Source: Botryllus schlosseri
Taxonomy: Eukaryota
Assembly (NCBI GenBank): GCA_051294905.1
Contig: CM119372.1
Location: 17,300,001 to 17,364,000, forward strand
DNA: 64,000 nucleotides
Reading direction: 5' to 3'
Below the pieces are notes generated by a model, which saw nothing but the letters and a program-made list of their open reading frames with translations, was not told where the DNA came from and searched no databases. A program made the position numbers and the translations under genes. Shown here in pieces: positions 1 to 12,392 of the stretch. Each line of letters begins with the position of its first letter. The first letter of the stretch is position 1.

Positions 1-739
1 ATCATACAACGAATATGTTTTGTGGGTCGAATTGTTGTTCAGTGTCAAGTCTACCTGTTGAAACGTACATTAAAACAGCGCAATCCAATTAAAACCACGA
101 ATCTATTTTCATTTCGTCACATACAGAAAAATAAATTTAATTTCCCAAAACATACTTGTAACCAATCGATTTCATTAAACATACAACACCATAATAGCAT
201 TTACTTTCTACAACATAGACATTCCGGTGTAGTCAAGAAATATTTTTATTAATCAAAATCATCGACTTCTGTTTACGGCGTTAGTGTGTGCATGTCATAT
301 ATGTGGGATCCGTATTAAAATGGACACGACGCGACTGAATGTAAGGAGATAGAAGTCTATCGCATAGATTTACATGTGGTCTTCGCTACGGTTTCAAAAA
401 AACTAATCATCTCTTTTGCATTGATCTAGACCGAGCAAGTTAGTTAATGGCCATGATTGTGTTTGTCATATGCGAATGATAGGGTTACTGTCAAATCTAC
501 ATACAACAATCTTCTGACGATCATAATAGCAATTTCATTTTCCGCCCCTTCATAATTGTACAACTCGGTAACTACGTTTAACAAGACCAATCACACTACC
601 AGCGTTGAACACAAGATACCTACCCAAGTAAAAATATCATTCTGGTTTGGACAACTGACGTTTACCTGTGTAAAATTATCACTTGGAGGTCCACCGTTAC
701 CTAACTAAAATACCATTGTCCTTTGGAGATTTATCGTTT

Positions 740-1260
740 ACCCAGTGTAACAATCCCCTTTTCACTTGGAAATCTATTTTTGCCCTGGATAACAAACCTT
801 TTTCATTTGGAAATATATTTTTTCTCTTGGTAACAAACCTTTTTCACTTGGAAATATATTTTTTCTCTGGGTAACAAACCTTTTTCACTTGGAAATATAT
901 TTTTTCTCTTGGTAATAAACCTTTTTCACTTGGAAATGTATTTTTTTTTCTCTGAGTAACAAACCTTTTTCACTTGGGAATATATTTTTTCTCTGGTTAA
1001 CAAACCTTTTTCACTTGGAAATATATTTTTTCTCTGGGTAACAAACCTTTTTCACTTGGAAATATATTTTTTTCCCTGGGTAACAAACCTTTTTCGCTTG
1101 GAAATATATTTTTCCCTGGGTTACAAACCTTTTTCACTTGGTGATCCGTCGTTTACCTGAGTAAAAATATCATTTTCCTTTGGGGATCTGGCGTTTACCC
1201 AGTGTAACAATACATTTTCTCTTGGTCATCTAGCTTTTCCTAGAGTAACAAAACCATTTT
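740..1260. repeat. ~42-bp minisatellite (GTAACAAACCTTTTTCACTTGGAAATATATTTTTTCTCTGG), about 9 good plus several degenerate copies
   Basis: Tandem units read directly; mirrored at about 3643-4163. Confidence 0.93.
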
Positions 1261-2518
1261 TATTTTGAAATCTGACAACCACACCGACAATTTGATATTT
1301 TTGTATTTTCTTGCAGCGAACAGCGACAAAATATACACCAACAACGACTCCGATACATTTGTGCAATCGCATATTTACTTGTGTTGGTGCATCCCATCAA
1401 AATCATCGGTTACCCACATGCAATGTGCTCTTGTATATCGAAATGTATGTTTGGGAAATTGGACAATAGGTTTCGATAGGTCTGTGATGTCCGGGTTCGT
1501 GCTTTGGATTTTCCAGAGTCAAAATGTCTGAATAAAACACCTCCTCGACGATGGTTGGTATGTGGATAACGGTGTTCGGAAAACGGTTGGATTTATGTCA
1601 CCCATCGCGATAACAATTCCAGGTCGAGTTTTCCCCCGCGCGTTTACTATATTGTGTCTTTATTGGTCAATGTATGTCTCGACATTCAGTTTGAAATCGG
1701 AAACCCTGATAAGTATGTAACCGGATCCGGATATCAACTCTGAATCGATAAACCAATGAACAATATTCAAAGTAAACATGTTACACCCTGTGTTTCCACG
1801 AAAAAATACCATCCAGACATACGTCGCGCTTGTTTGCCCACACCAGTATATGCGTAAATGGAGGTGTGTGACATTGCATGCAATGTGTTGGTATACAAAC
1901 ATCGATCCACAGACATTATCATAGCCGGTAGTTTTGATGTAGATCGAATGTCATCACACCCGATAACAATACCAATAAGCCACATTGCAATGACTCTGAG
2001 TCCGCGCTATGACATCGATATCTCGACACCGTTCACTGATTTATTCGATGGTGTTATCGCGCTGTAACATTACATGATAGTCATGACCCTATCTGCAGAC
2101 GGACCACCCAGATCAATTGGATACATCGGTCAATATCCGTCGTGTTGTCGACACCGAAGTTTTCTGCTGCAGCGTTTGACCAATGTGAACTATCGAAGTA
2201 CGGGTGCTCGAAATGATTGCGATCAGTCTTTCAGTCACGATGCATGGATGTCGCTACTCCCACATAACGACTCCAGATAAATATCGCGAAAATCTCGGAC
2301 TGATACTGTGATCCAATAAGGTGTGTTTCTGTGGAATGAAGACTGCGATCGTACACCACAATAGAACACTACCTCGTGATTTCACACGCAATCATAAAAC
2401 ACACTTTCGTAAGGGTCTAGCTCGTCCGGTGACATTTCGAAACGGTCGTCACCACAAGAGATCGGTATCATTTTGAAAAGACATCGTCACAAGGCTATTG
2501 ACGTCGATTCTGTTGGTC

Positions 2519-2800
2519 ATGTCAATCCGTTTCAAAATCCGCCGTTTTTCAACTCCCCGCACCATAGTGTTACGACACAGACAGGAAGCGTCGGTGGAAA
2601 TAATAAAACACGGAAAGCACACTTTGGTGTTATTTGACATGGATTTTACACCCGACGAACCTTACATTCGAGCGATGCATTGGAATGACGCTTGTATTAT
2701 TGACGTAGAAGGAACAGAAATGTATCGATTTATTGGTTTCGTACATATCCAACAAAAACCAGGGTATGTGATTGTGCGTGGTTCGCATATTCGACTGTGA
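2519..2800 (+). CDS. Small hypothetical ORF (93 aa from the ATG) in the palindrome spacer
   Basis: ATG at 2519, uninterrupted, protein-like composition (MSIRFKIRRF...GYVIVRGSHIRL); no recognised domain. Confidence 0.25.
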   Translation: MSIRFKIRRFSTPRTIVLRHRQEASVEIIKHGKHTLVLFDMDFTPDEPYIRAMHWNDACIIDVEGTEMYRFIGFVHIQQKPGYVIVRGSHIRL

Positions 2801-3642
2801 ACGCTCTATTGGTATATGCTGTATAGTTCACTTTCACCGTCGTGCGAATAACCCATGTTACGGTTCGATGTTTGTGTGTCTGTATGTCACGCTTCAGATT
2901 GACTCAGAGTCATTGCAATGTGGCTTATTGGTATTGTTATCGGGTGTGATGACATTCGATCTACATCAAAACTACCGGCTATGATAATGTCTGTGGATCG
3001 ATGTTTGTATACCAACACATTGCATGCAATGTCACACACCTCCATTTACGCATATACTGGTGTGGGCAAACAAGCGCGACGTATGTCTGGATGGTATTTT
3101 TTCGTGGAAACACAGGGTGTAACATGTTTACTTTGAATATTGTTCATTGGTTTATCGATTCAGAGTTGATATCCGGATCCGGTTACATACTTATCAGGGT
3201 TTCCGATTTCAAACTGAATGTCGAGACATACATTGACCAATAAAGACACAATATAGTAAACGCGCGGGGGAAAACTCGACCTGGAATTGTTATCGCGATG
3301 GGTGACATAAATCCAACCGTTTTCCGAACACCGTTATCCACATACCAACCATCGTCGAGGAGGTGTTTTATTCAGACATTTTGACTCTGGAAAATCCAAA
3401 GCACGAACCCGGACATCACAGACCTATCGAAACCTATTGTCCAATTTCCCAAACATACATTTCGATATACAAGAGCACATTGCATGTGGGTAACCGATGA
3501 TTTTGATGGGATGCACCAACACAAGTAAATATGCGATTGCACAAATGTATCGGAGTCGTTGTTGGTGTATATTTTGTCGCTGTTCGCTGCAAGAAAATAC
3601 AAAAATATCAAATTGTCGGTGTGGTTGTCAGATTTCAAAATA

Positions 3643-4163
3643 AAAATGGTTTTGTTACTCTAGGAAAAGCTAGATGACCAAGAGAAAATGTATTGTTACA
3701 CTGGGTAAACGCCAGATCCCCAAAGGAAAATGATATTTTTACTCAGGTAAACGACGGATCACCAAGTGAAAAAGGTTTGTAACCCAGGGAAAAATATATT
3801 TCCAAGCGAAAAAGGTTTGTTACCCAGGGAAAAAAATATATTTCCAAGTGAAAAAGGTTTGTTACCCAGAGAAAAAATATATTTCCAAGTGAAAAAGGTT
3901 TGTTAACCAGAGAAAAAATATATTCCCAAGTGAAAAAGGTTTGTTACTCAGAGAAAAAAAAATACATTTCCAAGTGAAAAAGGTTTATTACCAAGAGAAA
4001 AAATATATTTCCAAGTGAAAAAGGTTTGTTACCCAGAGAAAAAATATATTTCCAAGTGAAAAAGGTTTGTTACCAAGAGAAAAAATATATTTCCAAATGA
4101 AAAAGGTTTGTTATCCAGGGCAAAAATAGATTTCCAAGTGAAAAGGGGATTGTTACACTGGGT
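3643..4163. repeat. Mirror copy of the ~42-bp minisatellite
   Basis: Reverse complement of 740-1260. Confidence 0.93.
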
Positions 4164-7100
4164 AAACGATAAATCTCCAAAGGACAATGGTATTTTAGTT
4201 AGGTAACGGTGGACCTCCAAGTGATAATTTTACACAGGTAAACGTCAGTTGTCCAAACCAGAATGATATTTTTACTTGGGTAGGTATCTTGTGTTCAACG
4301 CTGGTAGTGTGATTGGTCTTGTTAAACGTAGTTACCGAGTTGTACAATTATGAAGGGGCGGAAAATGAAATTGCTATTATGATCGTCAGAAGATTGTTGT
4401 ATGTAGATTTGACAGTAACCCTATCATTCGCATATGACAAACACAATCATGGCCATTAACTAACTTGCTCGGTCTAGATCAATGCAAAAGAGATGATTAG
4501 TTTTTTTGAAACCGTAGCGAAGACCACATGTAAATCTATGCGATAGACTTCTATCTCCTTACATTCAGTCGCGTCGTGTCCATTTTAATACGGATCCCAC
4601 ATATATGACATGCACACACTAACGCCGTAAACAGAAGTCGATGATTTTGATTAATAAAAATATTTCTTGACTACACCGGAATGTCTATGTTGTAGAAAGT
4701 AAATGCTATTATGGTGTTGTATGTTTAATGAAATCGATTGGTTACAAGTATGTTTTGGGAAATTAAATTTATTTTTCTGTATGTGACGAAATGAAAATAG
4801 ATTCGTGGTTTTAATTGGATTGCGCTGTTTTAATGTACGTTTCAACAGGTAGACTTGACACTGAACAACAATTCGACCCACAAAACATATTCGTTGTATG
4901 ATTTGTCACTGGTGTGTAAAGGGTTAGGAATTTTTTGAATGATAATATCTACTAGCTGTTTTGTTGTGAGGGCGATCATGTGATGACTCAGCACTTTTCG
5001 TTAGCAAAGTAGATTGATCTATGTGAAAGATGTAAGGACCGTGACTAGAAAACATATGTACTTTGCTGTTGGGGTACTGCTATGGCATTGACATAACCTT
5101 CTGGGAGTGAGTATGCTTTTCTTTCACGAAAGTTTACGTGACTCCGTTGTAATAAATTTGTGTTAACTAAACTCGGATGGATACCACAATTGTGCTGGAC
5201 TTACACATGGTATTCGCATACTGTGCACATATACAAACTTTTGTGTAAACAACTCTCATGTTTCTGTTAGTACTAGTTCTGTGTTGAACTATTTGATTAT
5301 TAAGATACATGAACACCCATTCAGACAATAAAGGTCTTGTGATATCGAAACAGTTTGTAGAGTCTACCCAACCATTCTTTAGTTTCGTAATGCGAGAATA
5401 TCGAGTAAAGTTAATTACTTCGTGCGATGTTAATATCCTTCGTACTTTTGTAAGAGTTGTGGAGTAACATACAAAGTAACTAGTTGACACAAACAAAATA
5501 TTGAATGACCGCTAACGCATTGAATTCATAATCCAAGAGGGTGAAATTTGTTTACTGTTAAACTAACATAACTCATATCCAACAAAACAGATACAATCCG
5601 ATGATGTGATGTTGGTCAATATCCATTTTGTAAAGATTGAGTAAATCCTCCTCCGTCAGGTGGGTGTGATTCAAATCAATAGCATGTTACACATAAACAT
5701 CATTTGTATTGACGGTGATATTGTGAAGATGATGCCGCAACAACACAACAAGTAATATTTTGTATCGGGTGTTTGTACTTTAGGAATAGCATAGTGTGCG
5801 ATATTTTGGATATGTGTGCACGGTTGTAAACTACGGTTGTTCTTGGGTCTTGCGTCGAGTAAATTAGAAATATGTCTAGAATTCAAACACATCCAAGTAA
5901 TTTCTTTAGCGACTATGATTACATCTACTTTGACGAGAGGAAATGGAAAAATTCAAATGGATACTACTGACGAACACAAAGTGCAAAATGGTTTTATCAG
6001 ATTTAGGTGTAGGATATCTTTTCGATTTCTTTACCAGAGTGTGTTTTACAAATAATTCCAGTTCACCTAACTATAGGATACATTTGGCAAACATCGTGTA
6101 AATTGTTTCTTTGTGATGGTAACGACTTTCGGCGGCTTAGTTTCACGTCGGGAATTATTATTTGAGGGTTCAAAAACAATCAATACTACAAATGAACAAC
6201 AATACAAAACACGTTTAGTGAATTATAGTGTAGCAAGTACTTCCTCGATATTACGATTGTTGTGCACCAGACATTTCTAGCTGATTCGAATGCATCTAGC
6301 AAACATATTCCAATTTACTTTTGTAATGATCAAAGTCTTAGAGTGCGACCTCGTGATATTTTACATGTAGCATGTAATATAGAAAGTGTGAGCGGAGTTG
6401 AGTATTAATCGTGTACTTGGTGTAGTGCTTTGATATCAAAGAGATATTTTCGCCCTGTGTAATGTTTCAATTCTCTGTTGGGAATTCCGACAGTAACGAC
6501 ATTGATGTAAAATCCTCACCCGCGGTTATTGTAAGTGAATCCTAAACATCGCAACAGTCGGTATGGAAATCGAACGCGTGCGTACTTTTAGATAGGTGAC
6601 ACTAACAAGTTTATTACATCCGTGAAATACTCTGAAACGTCGATTCGTGATTGTGTTAGCTATATTCATCTTCCATATCTGTGGACACAAAGATATCCCG
6701 ACTTTGGTTACAACTCACTCGAAACGAATTGTTGCGGGTAATCTAAAAAAGCACAAGTCGAAGACGAATGATTTGATTTCAATGAACTAAAAAAGTCCTT
6801 TTGTTTTGATGTTGGGTTTAATACAATTTGTACGACTATAACGAATCCGATTCCAAAAGTGCTATGTTACATTTAACAAAAAAGTTTGATGACTTGTATT
6901 CTGATATTGATAGATGTGAAAAGTAATATGACTAGTTTATAAAATCCCGATCATGTTCTTTGTCATGTCTGTGTTCAACAAATATGTGATCAAGTCTTAC
7001 CATTCGATATTAACTTTCGCAGTCGGCGTAAGCGATAATTTGTTGAAGTAACAATATCGACGAGTTCAATAATATTCTCCATCGATGTATTCGAATAATC

Positions 7101-8839
7101 TGTCAGCTACAAGTGGATTAAAAACTTGATGCCGTTTTGTGGTTAACTCAAGTCGGTGGTCGCGTTTGTGTTGATTTGAGGAATGATCATGACGAGTTGG
7201 TCGGGTAAATTAGATAATGTGGTTGTAACTATGACCGTAAAGAGTTGCTGACATTCCAATAAGACGAGTTGGTGGTATATGCCTAAAACCGAACTTGATA
7301 TGATTGTTGGTTGTAGTGATTACTTGCGTAGTCTTGACTACTTTTCGTAAGGATACTTTTTGTTTTGGTTGGGTAAGTTACAAACGGATTGACTTGACAA
7401 GGTTTTTTGTATTTTACTCTTTTGTGTATGGGAATCACTCGATTGCAACAAAAAATAACCTGATAGTTTGTTCAAGGTTTCGACAAATAGATTGAAATAT
7501 TCCGATTTAACTCATCGCGTCGCAACTTGATAACGGTATGCACAAGTGGTTGTCAAGATAGAAATATTTACAACAACGGGCGATATTTCATTGATTGATT
7601 CTATTGTGTGTAGTTACACATTAAAATATCGCGATAGTATTTACTGAAACTCTATTTGACAAATGGAAAACTCAGTCGTGAATAGAGTTGTAAGTTTCAA
7701 GGATTGTTTCAAAGTGTAATCTTGAAATGTGACTGGATCAAAGTTGGTAGTCATGTTTGTCAAACCTATTTCTATTCACACTATGTCAAGTCCAAATATT
7801 TCATTCTGGATTATTTGGATTTACCTTTAGTACATCTCGCGAATGGATTCCGATACCGTACTATAACATTCTTAATAATACGGGTTCGAGGGTTTTCATG
7901 ATAGAGTTGACGAGTGATAAGATGCGTGTTTTTGTTAAGAGTTTGATTTCATGTTGATAAAGACAATAACTGTATAATGCACATACTTGTGATTCTTGAT
8001 TCTTGTAGAATAATAGTTGGTATTGATTCTATAAGTGTGAAAACAGCGGCGTGGAATGTGCGAATAATTCGATGTAGCTGAAAGTCGGCGTCAGTAATAT
8101 TCGGGTTATGGTCGAATCCAAAGATCACGAAAAGATTTCTCAAAATAATTAGAATTGTACCGAATTAACACATTCAAATACGAATCAACTCGGTTTGTGT
8201 AGTGAATTTCATTTCGAGTTGACAAATTGATACATTGATTGAATATTCTCATAATTCTTATCGTGCAACTAAAGTCAGCCGCTGTTCGAAGTGTCAAAAC
8301 ATATAGCGACCACCAGAAAGTGTCAAATTGTTGGTTTTCGAATCACCGTCTGCGACGGCTCTGTGACAAACTAATTACCGAAATATTACCTTGTGAGCGA
8401 TCGGTATGTCTTTAACACCAAGTCACTAAAAATGGTTATACCCGAGACATTATCTTGTTAGCGATCGCGGGATTTGCAATCTATTTTACACTTTTTGAAG
8501 TGTTAATTTACGAGCGCGGTTATTTGTTGGTTGCTTTTCGTGTCGCTGCTGAATACTGAATACTCCTGAATGTAATAGCGCTGACTGGATTAGTGTAATC
8601 GATAGTAGCACGCGGCTGGCCGTGAAACAATTCCACACGCAGGTCATTCGGAATATAGGTCGCACTGCTTAATCCTCACAACAAGCCACGTTTCCGTTTG
8701 TGCGGTTATTGTTGGCGACTCGTACATATTCAACACCGCGTGAGAGATGTCTGAAAGTGCGAATCACGACCGCACCCATAAGAACACATGGTGAATCACC
8801 ACAGATACCGTAAGAATACACGACAGACACATTTATCGT

Positions 8840-9135
8840 CGTTAGCATGTCACCGCACGTATACCAAAAACATTAGCATGTCACCACGAGTTTCGCGTTA
8901 TCATGCGACTGCACCCATAAGACGAAAACGTTAGCATGTCACCACGAGTTTCGCGTTATCATGCGACCGCACCCATAAGACGAAAACGTTAGCATGACAC
9001 CCCCGCCATAAGACGAAAACGTTAGCATGCCACCCCCACCATAAGACGAAAACGTTAGCATGCCACCCCCGCCATAAGACGAAAACGTTAGCATGCCACC
9101 CCCGGTTTCTCGTTAGCATGCCACCCCGCCCATAA
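8840..9135. repeat. Subterminal tandem array: two ~59-bp then ~33-bp units (GTTAGCATGCCACCCCCGCCATAAGACGAAAAC)
   Basis: Units read directly; lies just inside the putative ACTACT terminus. Confidence 0.9.
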
Positions 9136-9173
9136 GAGACAATGGCGCATCACGAGAGATCTATATAACTACT

Positions 9174-9452
9174 GTCGTCAAGGCTCATGTATCGCATGCT
9201 CATGTGTCACCATGCTCAAGTGGCACTTATTAAATTATCACCATGTTAATGTGTCCCTATGCTCACGTGTATCCATGCTCGTGTGTCCCTATACTTATGT
9301 GTCCCCATGCTAATATGTCCTCATGTTAATATGTCCCTGTGCTGATATGTCTACATGCCCACGAGTCGCCATGACCAAAAGTCGCTATGCTCAAGTGTCG
9401 CATGCTCAAGTGTCGCTTGCTATTGTGTCGCATGCTAATATGTCCACGGACC
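9174..9452. mobile_element. Tandem-repeat terminal arm (~15-16-bp ATGCTCATGTGTCGC-like units) of a MULE/foldback-type element
   Basis: Degenerate short-period array ending sharply in TGTCCACGGACC; the left side is truncated at the putative Polinton terminus. Superfamily assignment is inference. Confidence 0.5.
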
Positions 9453-9503
9453 TAATTTCAGGTACCTTTAATTATGCGTACATAATACTAATGCATATTT
9501 AAT

Positions 9504-10757
9504 ATGACTAAACGGAAACTAGACAAGAAGTCAATCGCATTTTCTTTGGCAATTTCTCTGGATAACATTCCTGGACCACATTCGACCCTTAAGCATTCAG
9601 AGATAGTAAGGTCGTGGAAAAGGCGTAGGAGAGCTGCGTCTGCAAAGAATATAGAGATTGTTCGATGTCTGTGGAAGAATAGCTCCGAATATCAGGGCCA
9701 ATGTGATTACGTTTTTCCGCCAACATCATGAAATAAACACCGACAACTCTATTTATTCGATTGAGTCACCTGAAGTTCGTGGAGCAGAGAGAAATTCAGA
9801 GCTGACGTCGGATGTGATGCAAAAGACACCATTTACGGACAATGATTCGAAATACGATGAAGTCATAGAACCTGTTTTTTGTTATTGCTAGCGACCGCAT
9901 AAAGGAGAGTTTATGGTGCAATGCGATGATTGCAAATTCTGGTTTCATCCTGCATGCGCTTTCCCATCGGACAGTAAATAAATCAAATTTGATCGTAATA
10001 AATGGCGTATTACGTCTTTAGGTTGTGGACGTGGTAAAGACCATAACACTGGCAAAAAAATCGCCGGGTTTACACTCACGCACCGCAGCGCACTGAAAAT
10101 CCTAATGTCGACAAGGAGTTATTTCCTCCCAAGTCTCCTAACGGTGCAGGGGTCACAGAAATAGATGGAATGTTAAATCTTTCAGATGATGCTTCTCTGA
10201 ATCCTAATGTCACTGAAGATGATGCCATGGAAAAAGATGGAATATTGAATTCTTCATATGATGCTTCCCTGAATCGCAATATCACCGAAGAAGATATCAC
10301 AGAACATGGTAATCAATCCGATGATGCTTCTCTGAATCCTAATGTCACTGAAGATGATGCCACGGAAAAAGATGGAATATTGGATTCTTCATATGATGCT
10401 TCCCCGAATTGCAATATCACCGAAGATGATATCACAGAACATGGTGGAATATTAAAACAATCTGATGACGCTCCTCTGAATCCTAACGTCACTGAAGATG
10501 ATGCCACGGAAAAAGATGGAGTATTGGATCCTTCATATGATACTTCCCTGAATAGTAATGTCTCTGAAGATGATATCACAGAACAAGATGCATCTGATCA
10601 TACAAAATCGTTTCCAGATTCCCGGATGACGTCGAATTCTAAACCAGTCGCGCACAGCGAAATTAATGAAGCGTGGGTGAGTGATTCCGCAATCGAATCA
10701 GCGTGTACTCAATGGTGGTGTGGATACTCGAAAAATCACGTGACCGTCACGCCCTGA
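9504..10757 (+). pseudogene. Disrupted MULE-like transposon gene: transposase-type C-terminus, PHD finger, acidic repeats and a possible Ulp1-protease start
   Basis: 9871-9965 translates PVFCYC*RPHKGEFMVQCDDCKFWFHPACAF, a PHD finger with an in-frame TAG. Upstream KRRRRAASAKNIEIVRCLWK resembles MULE transposase tails; downstream EAWVSDSAI resembles Ulp1 WLNDEVI. Stops and frameshifts are present. Confidence 0.6.
10180..10600 (+). repeat. In-frame tandem repeat, about 3 x 126-135 bp (SDDASLNPNVTEDDATEKDGILDSSYDAS...)
   Basis: Visible in the DNA and in ORF 10170..10757; each unit is a dimer of a related ~23-aa subunit. Confidence 0.9.
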
Positions 10758-11673
10758 TACCTTTTATGACTTTGTTATTGTCGATCCGTCTACAGCACTA
10801 ATTAAAGGCAGAGTCGCTATTGGTCTTTGTTGATTTTGACTGTGTTTCATATCGAGATGGGTGACAGGATTTAGTATGGTATATTTTGATGCTGTCATCT
10901 AGCACTGTACCAAGTTTCAAGGCTGAGACTCAATGACTAGCGTAGTAATTTCGCTGTCAAAGTCGAGTATTTGGTAGATGAGCGCGCACCGATATATTGC
11001 CGACTTTGATAACGGAATTACCATGCTAATGCGGCTTCGCGAAGTGTGTTATCGAATAAATCATTGGCAAAAAATGACCGCCACATGTTGGCCGAAACAA
11101 TCAATATATATATTACCCATTGTCCGCAGGCGCGGGATAGTCCTGCGCTCACGATCTGAAGTTACCTTCTTCCTCTACCAGGAGAACTGATCACGTGGAC
11201 AGAGAGCGGATGAAAAATTAATTGCAATATGTGCAATTACCAATATTATAGAAACAAATTCAATCCTGGATTAGAATTTTTTCGCGCTTTGCGCGAATAC
11301 CCACACACGCACCGGCATCCCTCACCCATTTTTATACCCTTCACTCGGATTGGATCGAATGTAAAGGATATTATTTATATTCGCGAGAATCTGTTTTAGT
11401 TTGAAACCGAAAAATGGAGAAATAAATAATTAGCAACGTTGTCTGAAGTGGAAAAGATTGTAGAAAACGTGATGAATTTGTCATTTGTTAAGTTTTCTCG
11501 TAATTTCATTGGTGTTAATCAATGCACCCCCTCATATTTTACGATTTATGCCATAGGTTTGACCTAAATTACTAAACTAGTGTATTTTCGTCGATCTAGT
11601 GTTTTTTAGTTGGAAAATCTAGTGTTTTTACACGCACCCCAAGTGGCAGCACTGGTAGTACCTTTCACATATG

Positions 11674-12392
11674 CGACACCAATGGGTTGTGGATTCGAGT
11701 CCGACCGAGGTAGACTCCAGACTGCCTATTCAAGCATTGGAGCTTTATCGAGGCTGCTCCTCGCCATCCGATCCATGTCAGCGAAAAAAGTGATCCGTGT
11801 TATAAGTAGGGCTGGGCAATATCGAGTACCTGAGTGATTCGATTCTCAATCAAATATTACGCTTCGAGTCGAGTCGAGTATTCGAGTATCCCTCATTATG
11901 ACGTCAAATCAGAATGTACTAAGTCGAAGTTCAAATATGTACCTTTTATGCTACCACAAAGAACATAATGCCTGTTGGCCGTCAAATAAAAGATACCTTG
12001 GTATTTTTTCGACCATACCGATTTCATTGCACTTCTTGACAATGTTGTGGGTTGATCATGACTTCGGAAATGTGCATGTTATTTCCAGTAACGTTCGAAG
12101 CTTTGTACCATGTCTCGTATTTTGCGACACGGCCAATCAAGGTTTCAAGGCTTCCTCAGTGGAAAACAGCATCAAACTATAATTATCGTTAGTAAATTAA
12201 CTTTCAGTTGCGAGGAGCATATAATTTCAGTACTCGAAAAAATCGTCTTTTACTACTCGACTCGAATCATTAAAATTAATACTCGATTCAGATTCGAGTA
12301 CTCGAATCATTGTGCCCAGTCCTAGTTATAAGCCGCCTGCAGCTCAGAATTTCTTCTGGGCATTATATATAACACACTGAACAGATAATAAA
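11674..12392 (+). mobile_element. Diverged tRNA-derived SINE copy split by a hAT MITE
   Basis: CGACACCAATGGG..GGATTCGAGTCCGACCGAGGT matches the head of the SINE at 41778-42050; sequence resumes after the 12325-12332 TSD. Confidence 0.6.
11807..12324. mobile_element. hAT MITE
   Basis: Terminal inverted repeats (TIRs) TAGGGCTGGGCA / TGCCCAGTCCTA; perfect 8-bp TSD GTTATAAG; subterminal TCGAG repeats. Confidence 0.9.

Larger units (their letters stand above)
1..4902. repeat. Giant inverted repeat: arm 1-2002 and arm 2901-4902 around an 898-bp spacer; left arm is cut by the window edge
   Basis: Five ORFs occur as mirrored pairs with identical translations and coordinates summing to 4903 (e.g. 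22..252+ / 4651..4881-). Spot checks, including the T9/A9 run, match. Arms end at CACATTGCAATGACTCTGAGTC (to 2002) and GACTCAGAGTCATTGCAATGTG (from 2901). Confidence 0.97.
1..9173. mobile_element. Probable right-hand portion of a decayed Polinton/Maverick-like element
   Basis: Ends in ...GAGAGATCTATATAACTACT (9173); the reverse complement begins AGTAGTTATATAG, matching the AGT-AGT terminal motif of Polintons. A subterminal tandem array precedes it and an unrelated repeat starts abruptly at 9174. The interior is AT-rich, broken ORF-like sequence with none of the MITEs seen elsewhere. No pPolB, integrase, ATPase or capsid motif could be recognised. Confidence 0.5.

Noticed and set aside
740..1260. 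CRISPR-like array (also considered for 8840-9135 and 22085-22740)
   Set aside because: Units are contiguous with no unique spacers, there are no cas genes, and the context is eukaryotic.
4903..8800. Specific Polinton core genes (pPolB, integrase, packaging ATPase, protease, capsid)
   Set aside because: Only short broken frames; no catalytic motif could be identified by eye, so none is called.
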